Below the pieces are notes generated by a model, which searched no databases, was not told where the DNA came from, and saw only the letters and a program-made list of their open reading frames with translations. DNA of 64,000 nucleotides, taken from NCBI GenBank assembly GCA_040771805.1, contig JAXGZJ010000001.1:830796-894795 (forward strand). Direction: 5' to 3'. A program made the position numbers and the translations under genes. Within the stretch, counting starts at the first letter, position 1. Every line of letters starts with the position of its first letter. This stretch comes from Methanofastidiosum sp. (lineage in GTDB: Archaea; Methanobacteriota_B; Thermococci; Methanofastidiosales; Methanofastidiosaceae). This document shows, in pieces, positions 50,940-60,107 of this stretch.

Positions 50940-51720
50940 CTGTTGCAGTTGGTCATCAGCAGAAATTCATCATCACTTCCTTTTGTGCCATGTCAAATCG
51001 TTTGGCGGTAGTTCCTTCGCCAAATGAGCGCTTGACCGCAGAGAAATATGATTCTATGCGCCACCGCTTGTCATATTCGTATTTCTCTTTCCATGAAATC
51101 TAGCCAATCTTTTTCACTTCCCACATTGACTTAGCACGCAGAGGCGACCTAAGGGGCGTGTTGAGACATTTTTTTGTATCTTTATTATTGAACTGCATTC
51201 TTTTTAGCGGCAATATCAACCATGTTTCTTGTGTCGTAGGCTCCGTCTGCTATAAGAACTTTGAAAGCTACCCCATCAGCTAAAAAATGCTCATTTAGCT
51301 ATCGTGGGCATCTCTATCTGTAACAACTATACCGATTAGTTTTCCTGTCTTAGCGTCGATGGCAGCATGCGCCTTTAGGTAGTTCTTATTTTTCCCGTAG
51401 AGGTAGTTTATCCAGCTCCCGGCATCAGTCATCTTAAATCCGGTGCTGTCGCTTACCACAGTAAGCTCTGAAACATCTTCTATCACCTCAAGCTCAAATT
51501 TCATCTGAAGTATTCTCCGTCAGATGGTGGCGTAGTCTGCCGACTTGATCTTAGGTGAATACTTGGATATAGCTTGAAGAAAGCCTTTGGTCTACCTACA
51601 CCTTAGCCCGCAGACTGTCCTTACAGTTGTTACAAATCTGATGAAAGATTCCTGGTAGGGGATATGATCTTCTGACCTTATCATTGTTCATTAGAGCTAG
51701 CTCTTTGTTCAATATATCGT
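50940..51720 (-). mobile_element. Remnant of an IS4/IS5-family insertion sequence; ends not defined
   Basis: GC-rich patch in an AT-rich background; transposase motifs found in three different frames. Confidence 0.5.
50956..51692 (-). pseudogene. IS5-like DDE transposase, disrupted by frameshifts and stops
   Basis: Reverse-strand translations give AIDAKTGKLIGIVVTDRDAHD, KVLIADGAYDT and YDKRWRIESYFSAVKRSFGE in different frames. Confidence 0.55.
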
Positions 51721-51744
51721 TTAAAAAATCAAAAGATTGATAAA

Positions 51745-53061
51745 CTACCACAATGACTTGCTTAGTATTTCTCTACTGTTAATAACTCTGCATTCTATAA
51801 CAAGGGAAGTTTCATTGACAAATGATTTTATTCGTTTTTCAGTATGTCCTACCATCCCTCCGCTTGTAAGGATAAGGCATTGTTTTCCAGACAATGAAGT
51901 CAAAATAGATTTATCAATAACGTTGGAAGTTACATCAAGGCTAATATTGTCCTTGCTACAAATAGATTTGCTTTTAGAGCCCATTGCTCCCACATATTGG
52001 ATCTTATATTCACCGATAATATTCTGGACTTCTTGAAAGTCATAAAAATCAGTATTATAGATATATATTCTTCCAATATTCTGATGATTGTGGAACTCAA
52101 TAATTGCATTGTTATCTTGGGACTTATAAAAAACAGTTCCCTTCTTAAAGTAGTGATCATTTGGAACATCGTTAAACTCAACTAGATCCCCAACTTTTTT
52201 GTCTGAAGAAATCTTCCTCCACTTTAAATTAGAAGGTTTTAAGAAACCGACTAATTCCAAAAGATTTTTCGGAGTTTTGCCGTCTGTGGCTAAATTTCTA
52301 TTTACAAGTTCATTATATATCTGAATTATAAGGGGAGTTTTAAGATGTGTTTTTTTAATTAGTTCCTTTTCTTTAAACAGCGTATCTGGAGTTCCCTGGC
52401 CAACTATCTTTCCGTCAGCCATTAAATAAACGTAATCAGACCATTGATAAGCCAGCTCGATATCATGGGTAGAAATTATTATTGTTTTGCCGTAGCTATT
52501 GAGCTCATTTAGTATGTCCATAACTTCATTGGCGCCTCTAGGGTCAAGATTAGACAGTGGCTCGTCCAAAACGATGATGTCAGGTTCCATTACAAGTATG
52601 CCTGCTATTGCAGCTCTTTTCTTTTGGCCACCACTTAAATGATGAGGGGATTTTTCTTTTATATGGAGGAGATCAACATAATCCAAAGCCAATTCAGTGT
52701 ACTTTTTAACCTTATCTTCATCCCATCCAAGATTCATAGGGCCAAACGCCACGTCCTGATAGAGAGTTGGTGCAAAAAGTTGATCATCCGGATTTTGGAA
52801 TACCATCCCAACTCTTTTTCTGATTTCAACTAGATTTTTACTGCTATATTTCATTTTTTCTCCATTAAATATAATCTCTCCTTCAGTTGGGGCATGAATC
52901 CCATTAAACATTAAAAAAAGAGTGGATTTTCCAGCTCCGTTTGGGCCTACAAAGGATATTTTTTTACCTGCCTCTATTCTGATATTTACCCCCTTGAGGG
53001 CCTCAAACCCATCTCCATAAGTATATCTGACGTTTTTAGCTACAATGATAGGATTAGTCAT
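51745..53061 (-). CDS. cbiO: Cobalt ECF transporter ATPase CbiO with a ~150-aa C-terminal extension
   Basis: Walker A GPNGAGKST, signature LSGGQKKR, Walker B IVLDEPLS; 438 aa, longer than a typical CbiO/EcfA. Confidence 0.85.
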   Translation of the reverse strand: MTNPIIVAKNVRYTYGDGFEALKGVNIRIEAGKKISFVGPNGAGKSTLFLMFNGIHAPTEGEIIFNGEKMKYSSKNLVEIRKRVGMVFQNPDDQLFAPTLYQDVAFGPMNLGWDEDKVKKYTELALDYVDLLHIKEKSPHHLSGGQKKRAAIAGILVMEPDIIVLDEPLSNLDPRGANEVMDILNELNSYGKTIIISTHDIELAYQWSDYVYLMADGKIVGQGTPDTLFKEKELIKKTHLKTPLIIQIYNELVNRNLATDGKTPKNLLELVGFLKPSNLKWRKISSDKKVGDLVEFNDVPNDHYFKKGTVFYKSQDNNAIIEFHNHQNIGRIYIYNTDFYDFQEVQNIIGEYKIQYVGAMGSKSKSICSKDNISLDVTSNVIDKSILTSLSGKQCLILTSGGMVGHTEKRIKSFVNETSLVIECRVINSREILSKSLW

Positions 53062-53849
53062 AAAATCACTCCAATTCCCACATTTCTCGTAGTATATGTT
53101 AAGATTATTATAAATAAAAGATACAATATTGACACCACTGCTTCTCTCAAAGATATAGGTTTGGTGTCTTTAAAAATAGATATTTTTCCATCATAGCATC
53201 TTGAATTCATGGCAATGTAAAGCTTTTCCCCTTGATCCCAAGTCCGTATAAATAATGTGCTTGCAAGTATGGCAAGAGAATGCATCCAATTCTTAAAAGA
53301 GATGTATCCCATTCTCATATTTTGAGCATCTTCCATTTTCATTGCCAAATCCAAGAATACAAATATATACCTATATATCAGCATGGATAATTCAATAAAT
53401 ATTTCAGGTAATTTTAACTCTTTTAAAACATAAAATAGATGTGTTACAGGTGTAGACAGGGATAAGAAGTAAAGGCAACTCAGTCCAGAAATTGAGCGTG
53501 AAAAAACAAGGACCGCCATATTCAGCCCCCCCATAGTTATTGATAATTTATAATTAAAGATATTAAATGAAATAATATCGGGGCCTGTTCCAAAAAAGAA
53601 TAATATAATTAAAATTCCAAATATCAAAAAAGTACCTGGTATTAATAATAACTTAAGATAAATTTTGACAGGTACTTTATTGAGATATATAATCGCTAAA
53701 CCAAAAAAAAGTGAAATAATAATAGGAGTAACTGGTGATGTGGACATTACCCCTATTATCATAGAAGACAAGGCCAGCAATACTTTAAGCTCAGCATTTT
53801 TGTATCTAAGTGGGCTAATTATGGCATAGTCTTCTAATATCGTATGCAC
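53058..53849 (-). CDS. cbiQ: Cobalt ECF transporter T component CbiQ
   Basis: Polytopic membrane protein between cbiN and cbiO; overlaps cbiO start. Confidence 0.8.
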   Translation of the reverse strand: MHTILEDYAIISPLRYKNAELKVLLALSSMIIGVMSTSPVTPIIISLFFGLAIIYLNKVPVKIYLKLLLIPGTFLIFGILIILFFFGTGPDIISFNIFNYKLSITMGGLNMAVLVFSRSISGLSCLYFLSLSTPVTHLFYVLKELKLPEIFIELSMLIYRYIFVFLDLAMKMEDAQNMRMGYISFKNWMHSLAILASTLFIRTWDQGEKLYIAMNSRCYDGKISIFKDTKPISLREAVVSILYLLFIIILTYTTRNVGIGVIL

Positions 53850-53873
53850 AGATTGTACACCTTAATGCCATTT

Positions 53874-54143
53874 TTATTGTTTGCCTTTGTAAAATCCTAG
53901 GAAATACCCTATTATTAGTCCACCTATGGCTGCCTGGAGACTAAAGAATAAACTTTCAATCTCTCCGCTTGGCGGTTCCCATAAAGGTTGTACTATAGGT
54001 TCAAATTCTGGATTTAACTCAGCAATTACATCCCCAGCCTCATCGTCAGCTCCGCCCCATTCAAAACTGCCGGTTGAAGATACAACTACAAATGCAACTG
54101 CAAATATTAGGATTGAGATAATTGCTATTATTTCTCCTTTCAT
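53874..54143 (-). CDS. cbiN: Cobalt transport protein CbiN
   Basis: 89 aa, two TM helices flanking an acidic loop. Confidence 0.8.
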   Translation of the reverse strand: MKGEIIAIISILIFAVAFVVVSSTGSFEWGGADDEAGDVIAELNPEFEPIVQPLWEPPSGEIESLFFSLQAAIGGLIIGYFLGFYKGKQ

Positions 54144-54841
54144 GCTTTTGCACCTCTGCCTAATACTTCTTTTACTGTTTCTTTTGGCATTACCTTCATC
54201 TTTACGAGTATATCTGATCTAACCTGTAAAACATACTTTAAAAGTAGTGCAGTGAGAACACCTTCCATTAAAGCAAGTGGTACTTGTGTAACGGCAAATA
54301 CTGTGGCGAAAGAAGCAAATGAAGTCATGAATCCACCTTCTGCAGCAGGAAATGCCAAGGCGAGTTGAATTGAGGTCATTACATACGTAAACCAGTCAGC
54401 AAATGTTGCAGCAAAAAAAGCGGCTATGTAAAAGTTGATTTTGACCTTCATTAGTGCTTTATAGATAATATATCCAAATATAGGGCCAACTATACCCATC
54501 GAAAATGTGTTTGCCCCGAGTGTTGTAAATCCTCCATGAGCCAAAAATAATGCTTGGTATATCAAAGATATGAAAGACAAGACCGCAGTTACGAATGGAC
54601 CAAAAATAATTGCTCCTAGTGCTGTTCCTGTAGGGTGTGAACAACTGCCAGTGACCGAGGGTAGTTTCAGCGAAGATAAGACAAATATGTAAGCACCTGC
54701 TACAGCCAATAGTGGCAATATTTCTCTGTTTTGCTTGACTAACTTATTGATTTGATAGATTCCATATATTATAAATGGAACTGCCAAAACAAACCAAATA
54801 ATCCACCAAGGAGATGGTAGAAATCCTTCCATTATATGCAT
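54140..54841 (-). CDS. cbiM: Cobalt ECF transporter S component CbiM
   Basis: N-terminal MHIMEGFLP typical of CbiM; polytopic; overlaps cbiN start. Confidence 0.85.
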   Translation of the reverse strand: MHIMEGFLPSPWWIIWFVLAVPFIIYGIYQINKLVKQNREILPLLAVAGAYIFVLSSLKLPSVTGSCSHPTGTALGAIIFGPFVTAVLSFISLIYQALFLAHGGFTTLGANTFSMGIVGPIFGYIIYKALMKVKINFYIAAFFAATFADWFTYVMTSIQLALAFPAAEGGFMTSFASFATVFAVTQVPLALMEGVLTALLLKYVLQVRSDILVKMKVMPKETVKEVLGRGAKA

Positions 54842-54856
54842 TTATTTTCCTCCTTT

Positions 54857-54877
54857 ATGGATGGTGACACCATCCAT
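54857..54877. promoter_or_regulatory. Perfect 21-bp palindrome (10-bp arms, 1-nt centre) over the predicted cbiMNQO transcription start: candidate operator
   Basis: ATGGATGGTG-A-CACCATCCAT lies 16-36 nt upstream of the cbiM ATG, between an AT-rich TATA-like element and the GGAGG RBS. Confidence 0.5.
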
Positions 54878-54934
54878 TAACAAATAACAACATTTTTTAT
54901 TTATAAATATATTGGTTATTGGTAAGAATTCATT

Positions 54935-55684
54935 TTATAAACAAAGATTATTTAATCTGTCTATTATCTTTGATTTTTCTGAATATATGGCACCGTAATA
55001 TATCTTGGGTCTTTCAATCAATATCACTTTAATGCCATCTTCAATTGCAGCTTCAATTTTGTTTCTAGTCCCGCCCTCTTCTCCGCCATCTTTAGTTACC
55101 ACAAATTCAATGTCAAATTGCCTGTAAATTTCTCTGTTAAACTCTTTAAAAAAAGGTCCTTGAATAGCAATTATATTTTTAGGGGAAAATCCAAGTTTTT
55201 CACATTTTTCCAAAACGACTGACGAAGGTAAAACCCTTACAAAAAGTCTATTTATACCAAGTTTAGAAAATACTTCAAGATTATTGCTTCCAATTGTAAG
55301 CATTATATTGCCAGTCGTATCCTTTAACACCTCTGCAGCCTCATTATAACTTTTTACTCTCACTACTCCACTAATCTCAGTTTCTAATCTCTCATATCTA
55401 AGATAAGGGATGTTTTTATCCTTGGCCACCTTAATTGCAGTTCTTGATATATTCTCTGCATATGGATGGCTCGCATCAACAATGCATTTGATATTATTGT
55501 GCTCAATTACACCAATCATATCATTATAGTCCTTTTTTCCATAAATAACAGTTAAATTTGGGTGTTCTCCCAATAGATCTTTACCATACTTTGTAGCGGT
55601 ACTGGCAAGTACCTTAAAATTGCTGTTTAGGATATCTTTAGCTAAATCCCTTCCATCCTTTGTCCCGCCTATTAAAAGAATCAT
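54935..55684 (-). CDS. cbiJ: Cobalt-precorrin-6A reductase
   Basis: N-terminal ILLIGGTKDGRDLA typical of CbiJ/CobK. Confidence 0.7.
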   Translation of the reverse strand: MILLIGGTKDGRDLAKDILNSNFKVLASTATKYGKDLLGEHPNLTVIYGKKDYNDMIGVIEHNNIKCIVDASHPYAENISRTAIKVAKDKNIPYLRYERLETEISGVVRVKSYNEAAEVLKDTTGNIMLTIGSNNLEVFSKLGINRLFVRVLPSSVVLEKCEKLGFSPKNIIAIQGPFFKEFNREIYRQFDIEFVVTKDGGEEGGTRNKIEAAIEDGIKVILIERPKIYYGAIYSEKSKIIDRLNNLCL

Positions 55685-56415
55685 ATGTTATATCCTCTTG
55701 GGGTTATCATGAAATTATCCTTTACATATGTTCTGGAGTTTCCTATAATTATCAGTGTGCTCATGTCAATTTCATGTTCAAGCATTTCATTGATGTCTGT
55801 GATAATAACTTTTTGACCATCTCTCATTGCATTTTTAACTATCCCCACGGGAGTATTAAGATCCTTATAGGACAATAGAATTTCTCTCGTCTTGAATATC
55901 TGCTCTCTTCTTCCTTTGCTTTTTGGATTATAGATGCAGATGACAAAATCACCTTTTCCAGCACAATGGATTCGATTTTCTATTATCTCCCATGGAATTA
56001 AAAGGTCGCTGAGGCTAATCACAACATGATCTTCCGTAATTGGTGAACCCAATAACGATGCTGCAGCGAGATAAGATGTAACTCCCGGAACTACCTCAAC
56101 ATAAATCTCTTCTTTTGTTTTTGTAATAAGCTCAAGTAGTATTCCAGCCATCCCATAAATGCCGGGGTCACCACTACTTATTAAAGAAACTACTTTTCCC
56201 TCTTTTGCATAATCAATACACTGATTACATCTTTCTACTTCCTTAGTCATCCCAGAAGAAATATATTCTTTTTCTGGGAAAAAAGGTTTGATTAATTTTA
56301 TATAACTCGAATAACCAACTATAATATCAGAATCTTTTAAGGAATTCTTGGCTCTTGTGGTGAGGTAGTCATAATCACCTGGCCCTATCCCAACAACAAA
56401 TATTTTACCTTTCAT
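55681..56415 (-). CDS. cbiH: Cobalt-precorrin-3B C17-methyltransferase
   Basis: Tetrapyrrole methylase fold, VVGIGPGD and ADIIVGYSSYI motifs. Confidence 0.75.
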   Translation of the reverse strand: MKGKIFVVGIGPGDYDYLTTRAKNSLKDSDIIVGYSSYIKLIKPFFPEKEYISSGMTKEVERCNQCIDYAKEGKVVSLISSGDPGIYGMAGILLELITKTKEEIYVEVVPGVTSYLAAASLLGSPITEDHVVISLSDLLIPWEIIENRIHCAGKGDFVICIYNPKSKGRREQIFKTREILLSYKDLNTPVGIVKNAMRDGQKVIITDINEMLEHEIDMSTLIIIGNSRTYVKDNFMITPRGYNI

Positions 56416-57437
56416 ATTTCCCCCCAGATAGCTATTGTTATGCCATCATAAGATTTCTTTTTTGAGATAAATCTGCCTTTCTTACTAGAAGACAGGTACG
56501 CCACGGGTTCACAAACTGCCCCAACGCCAATCGATTTTTTAACAAAATCCGACTTTTCAAACTTATCTTCTATTTTTAAGATATCTTCTTTTTTGATATA
56601 TTCTAAAGACAAGTTAAAATATTTAACAGCATCGGATAGACCTTTATCTTCTTTTTTAATATCTATAGTTGCAATTTTTTTAATGCTTCTCGGGTCAATA
56701 TTGTTAGCTTCTAATTCATTTTTTATTGCAGAAATAATACTTTCGGCCAATATGCCTTTCTTTGCACCAAGCCCCAATACTATGTTTTTTGGAACTAATC
56801 TAACGTGTGGTTTTGGCACACTTATGATTTTATTTGAAACAATTATAATTCCAGAGTATTCATCTATTTCTTCCAAGTTATTGATTTTTTTGATATTATC
56901 AGGAATAGAGAAATTAATTGGTATCTCTGTAAAAATTCCAATCTTATAACCGTTTACAATATTAGAAGTGATCTCTTTGGCAGTGTTCATGTTATCAATT
57001 TCACAGCCCAAGAGCATTGCAAGATTATCAACTGCCATGGATCCAATTACATCGGAGGCTGTTGTGATTACAGGTTCAGAACCTATTTTTTCTGAGAGAA
57101 GTCTTGCGGCATCATTGGCCCCGCCCAGATGCCCAGACAATAAGCTTATGACATATTTTCCTTTTTCATCCATGACTAGGATTCCTGGATCTTGAGTTTT
57201 ATTAATAATTAGATTAGCTATTGAACGAACCACTATACCTGATGCCATGATAAAAACTAGGATATCATATTCATGAAATATTTTAGAAATAAACTCATTA
57301 AAATTGCTGCCTGTTGGCCTTGATTGATCTGAACTCCATTTGGGATTACTATAAAGGTCAACATTATCAATTACACTTTTTATTTTTAAACCAAGTTCAA
57401 GAGCTCCTTTTGTCAGAGTAATGACTGCCCATCTCAC
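56412..57437 (-). CDS. cbiG: Cobalt-precorrin-5A hydrolase
   Basis: Size and position between cbiF and cbiH in a tightly overlapping cbi operon; assignment is by context. Confidence 0.65.
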   Translation of the reverse strand: MRWAVITLTKGALELGLKIKSVIDNVDLYSNPKWSSDQSRPTGSNFNEFISKIFHEYDILVFIMASGIVVRSIANLIINKTQDPGILVMDEKGKYVISLLSGHLGGANDAARLLSEKIGSEPVITTASDVIGSMAVDNLAMLLGCEIDNMNTAKEITSNIVNGYKIGIFTEIPINFSIPDNIKKINNLEEIDEYSGIIIVSNKIISVPKPHVRLVPKNIVLGLGAKKGILAESIISAIKNELEANNIDPRSIKKIATIDIKKEDKGLSDAVKYFNLSLEYIKKEDILKIEDKFEKSDFVKKSIGVGAVCEPVAYLSSSKKGRFISKKKSYDGITIAIWGEI

Positions 57438-58193
57438 TTAAGTAGCACCCCTATATTCGTGGCTAAAGGATTTATCATAGAGTTTTGACCTTTCATAATC
57501 GGAAGATAAAAAGTCTCCAACTAGTATAATTGCAGTCTTCTTAATCCCGGCTTTTTTTACAATGCCAACAATATTCCCCAGAGTCCCTCCCAGAATTTTT
57601 TGATCCTTCCATGTGGCTTTGTAAACAACTGCAACGGGGGTTGAACCATCATAATTTTTTAAAAGTTTTTTTACAACATCTTCAATCATAGAAACTGATA
57701 AAAATATTGCCATTGATGCCCTATGTGAAGATAGTTTTTCTAAGTCTTCCTTCTCAGGAACCTCTGTTCTCCCACTTATTCGGGTACAGATAATGGTCTG
57801 TGAAACATTTGGTAAAGTAAATTCCTTTTTCAAAACTGCGGCTGCTGCAACAAATGAACTTACACCAGGTATAACTTCATATTCAATCCCATCTTCCTCT
57901 AAAAGGTCCATCTGCTCCTTTATTGCACCATATATACTTGGGTCTCCCGTGTGAACCCTTGCAACTACTTTACCCTCTAAGACATTTTTTTTGATGACGT
58001 CTATAATTTCTTCAAGATTCATCATTGCACTATCATAGACTAAAGAATCAGACTTCCTACTGCTAAGTATTTCTTTATTCACTAAAGACCCGGCATATAT
58101 AATAACGTCGGCACTATCTATTATCTTTTTACCTTTTATAGTTATTAGGTCAGGGTCTCCTGGGCCAGCACCAATAAAAAATACTTTAGTCAA
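57438..58193 (-). CDS. cbiF: Cobalt-precorrin-4 C11-methyltransferase
   Basis: FIGAGPGDPDLITIKG and IIYAGSLV motifs. Confidence 0.8.
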   Translation of the reverse strand: MTKVFFIGAGPGDPDLITIKGKKIIDSADVIIYAGSLVNKEILSSRKSDSLVYDSAMMNLEEIIDVIKKNVLEGKVVARVHTGDPSIYGAIKEQMDLLEEDGIEYEVIPGVSSFVAAAAVLKKEFTLPNVSQTIICTRISGRTEVPEKEDLEKLSSHRASMAIFLSVSMIEDVVKKLLKNYDGSTPVAVVYKATWKDQKILGGTLGNIVGIVKKAGIKKTAIILVGDFLSSDYERSKLYDKSFSHEYRGAT

Positions 58194-58896
58194 TAAATCC
58201 CTTCTTTTTTATTATGATTGAAGATAAGTAGGGTATATCGTTTTTGATATCCCCCAATTTATTAGAAATCTTTTCTTCCTTTGTCCCTATTTTTTGGGCA
58301 AGTATAAAATTTCCAGTTAAGTTTAGTGATTCTATAATTTCAGCTATTAAAACAGAATTAGCGGATGGTTTCATAAGCACAATATTATCAAAATCCTTAA
58401 TAGAGTTAAAAATAAAACCTGAAGATTCTTTTGTAACAGGTATTATTGCTATTGTCTCGTTACCGGAGGCAAGTGGCGTATTGATTCTACTACAAATTGC
58501 GCAGAAAGAAGTTATCCCCGGTATAGTTTCAATTTCTATATCCCTTTTTTTCAAATATTCAAGCATATAAGAATAAGTGCTATAGATTGTAGGGTCCCCC
58601 AGCGTTATAAATGCAAGAATTTTTCCTTTATTAATTTCAGATTCAATTATATTTGCATTTTTTTCCCAAATTGATTTTAATTTGTCCTCTTCGTAACTCA
58701 TAGGAAAAGTAAGGTAGATTATTTCGACGTCGTCCCTTAGATATTTCTTCGCAATCTCATACGCAACACTGCCCTTGTTCTTTGAAGATTCTGGAGAAAT
58801 TACGGCACCAACAGTTTTTAGTGTATTTACAGCCTTTATCGTAATAAGATCAGGGTCTCCAGGGCCTACACCAATACCATATAATTTTCCTTTCAT
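58186..58896 (-). CDS. cbiL: Cobalt-precorrin-2 C20-methyltransferase
   Basis: LYGIGVGPGDPDLITIKA N-terminal motif. Confidence 0.75.
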   Translation of the reverse strand: MKGKLYGIGVGPGDPDLITIKAVNTLKTVGAVISPESSKNKGSVAYEIAKKYLRDDVEIIYLTFPMSYEEDKLKSIWEKNANIIESEINKGKILAFITLGDPTIYSTYSYMLEYLKKRDIEIETIPGITSFCAICSRINTPLASGNETIAIIPVTKESSGFIFNSIKDFDNIVLMKPSANSVLIAEIIESLNLTGNFILAQKIGTKEEKISNKLGDIKNDIPYLSSIIIKKKGFID

Positions 58897-58897
58897 T

Positions 58898-59494
58898 TTA
58901 TTTCCTCGTTGCAGAGATTATGAAAATTGGATTTCTGCTTTCCATCATGGTAAGTTTCCCAATGTTTTTTCCTTTAGATACAAAAACATGACATATTTCA
59001 ATATCTTCATAGTCCCCATTCCTAATAAGTTCAAGCGATTGAGAAAGAGTTTCGAGGGTTATTGCTAGTATCACCAAACGACCTTCTGATTTTAAATTAA
59101 GGTGAAGCCAGTCAAATATCTCATTTAACTTTCCGCCACTCCCCCCTATCAATGCCCTGTCTATGCTTGGAACGGTGGACAAGCTATCGGGTGCTACCCC
59201 TTGTATAATAGTAATGTTCTTTATTCCAAAGTAATTTACATTTTTTTCAATTGTACCTATTCTTTCTTTTTTCATCTCAATGGAATATACCAATCCCTTA
59301 TTTGAAATTAGTGCTGCCTCAATCGAAATTGAACCTGTGCCGGCCCCTATGTCTAGAATATTACTATCCTCTTTAAGTCTTAATTTTGATAGTGCCAATA
59401 CCCTGATTTCTTCCTTTGTTATTGGTGAGTTATCACTAGAAAAATTTTCATCTGGGATACCTGCTGTTCGGAAGTTCCAATTAAACGCCATCAA
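58898..59494 (-). CDS. cbiT: Cobalt-precorrin-6B C15-methyltransferase (decarboxylating)
   Basis: Class I SAM motif ILDIGAGTGSISIEAA in a ~200-aa protein. Confidence 0.75.
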   Translation of the reverse strand: MMAFNWNFRTAGIPDENFSSDNSPITKEEIRVLALSKLRLKEDSNILDIGAGTGSISIEAALISNKGLVYSIEMKKERIGTIEKNVNYFGIKNITIIQGVAPDSLSTVPSIDRALIGGSGGKLNEIFDWLHLNLKSEGRLVILAITLETLSQSLELIRNGDYEDIEICHVFVSKGKNIGKLTMMESRNPIFIISATRK

Positions 59495-60107
59495 TTATCA
59501 CCATTGCACTTAACCCATCACTTGTAATTTTTGAAATATCAATAACTGTACCAACAATGATTTTCTCATTTTCATAGGAAAGATCTTGACCTAAATATAT
59601 TGTTTTTTCTTTAATGCCTGCATCAAGTAATATTTGGGCCACTATTTCAGGTTTCATCTTGTTATCCATTAGAACTCCAACTTTCCTATTTTTTTTAACT
59701 ATATCTACTATATCAACGTCCCTACCATGAAGACTACAAAAAAACGAATCATTCCAGGATTCACCTATTTTGGAGAATAGATACTGGATAGAAGATATAC
59801 CGGGGATTACATCAAGCATTTCTTTACCAAAATATCTTTTTAGATACTCCAACATCCCATAAAATCCTGGATCGCCTGAGAGTATTACAACTAATTTTTT
59901 ATCAATGTAATTTTTCTTTATGAATTCAATGACATCGTTCAAATTATTTTTTATGATGAAGATTTCTTTTCCTTTGATGTCAATTGAATCCAAAATTCTT
60001 TTTCCACCAACTACGATATCTGCTTCTTTGATTTTTTTCATTGCTATGGGGATAATATAATCAATATTTCCAGGCCCGCCCCCAACAACATATATTTTAT
60101 TCATCAT
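59481..60107 (-). CDS. cbiE: Cobalt-precorrin-7 C5-methyltransferase
   Basis: YVVGGGPGNIDYI tetrapyrrole methylase motif; ~208 aa. Confidence 0.75.
   Translation of the reverse strand: MMNKIYVVGGGPGNIDYIIPIAMKKIKEADIVVGGKRILDSIDIKGKEIFIIKNNLNDVIEFIKKNYIDKKLVVILSGDPGFYGMLEYLKRYFGKEMLDVIPGISSIQYLFSKIGESWNDSFFCSLHGRDVDIVDIVKKNRKVGVLMDNKMKPEIVAQILLDAGIKEKTIYLGQDLSYENEKIIVGTVIDISKITSDGLSAMVIIDGV

Noticed and set aside
50940-51720. GC-rich patch considered as a structured ncRNA (RNase P or SRP RNA)
   Set aside because: Translation shows DDE transposase signature blocks in successive frames, which explains the composition better than an RNA gene.
51737-52833. Track ORFs 51737..52036(+), 51930..52181(-), 51997..52185(+) and 52639..52833(+) within the cbiO C-terminal region
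   Set aside because: They overlap the continuous cbiO reading frame; no independent support. They would become relevant only if the cbiO extension proves to be an artefact.
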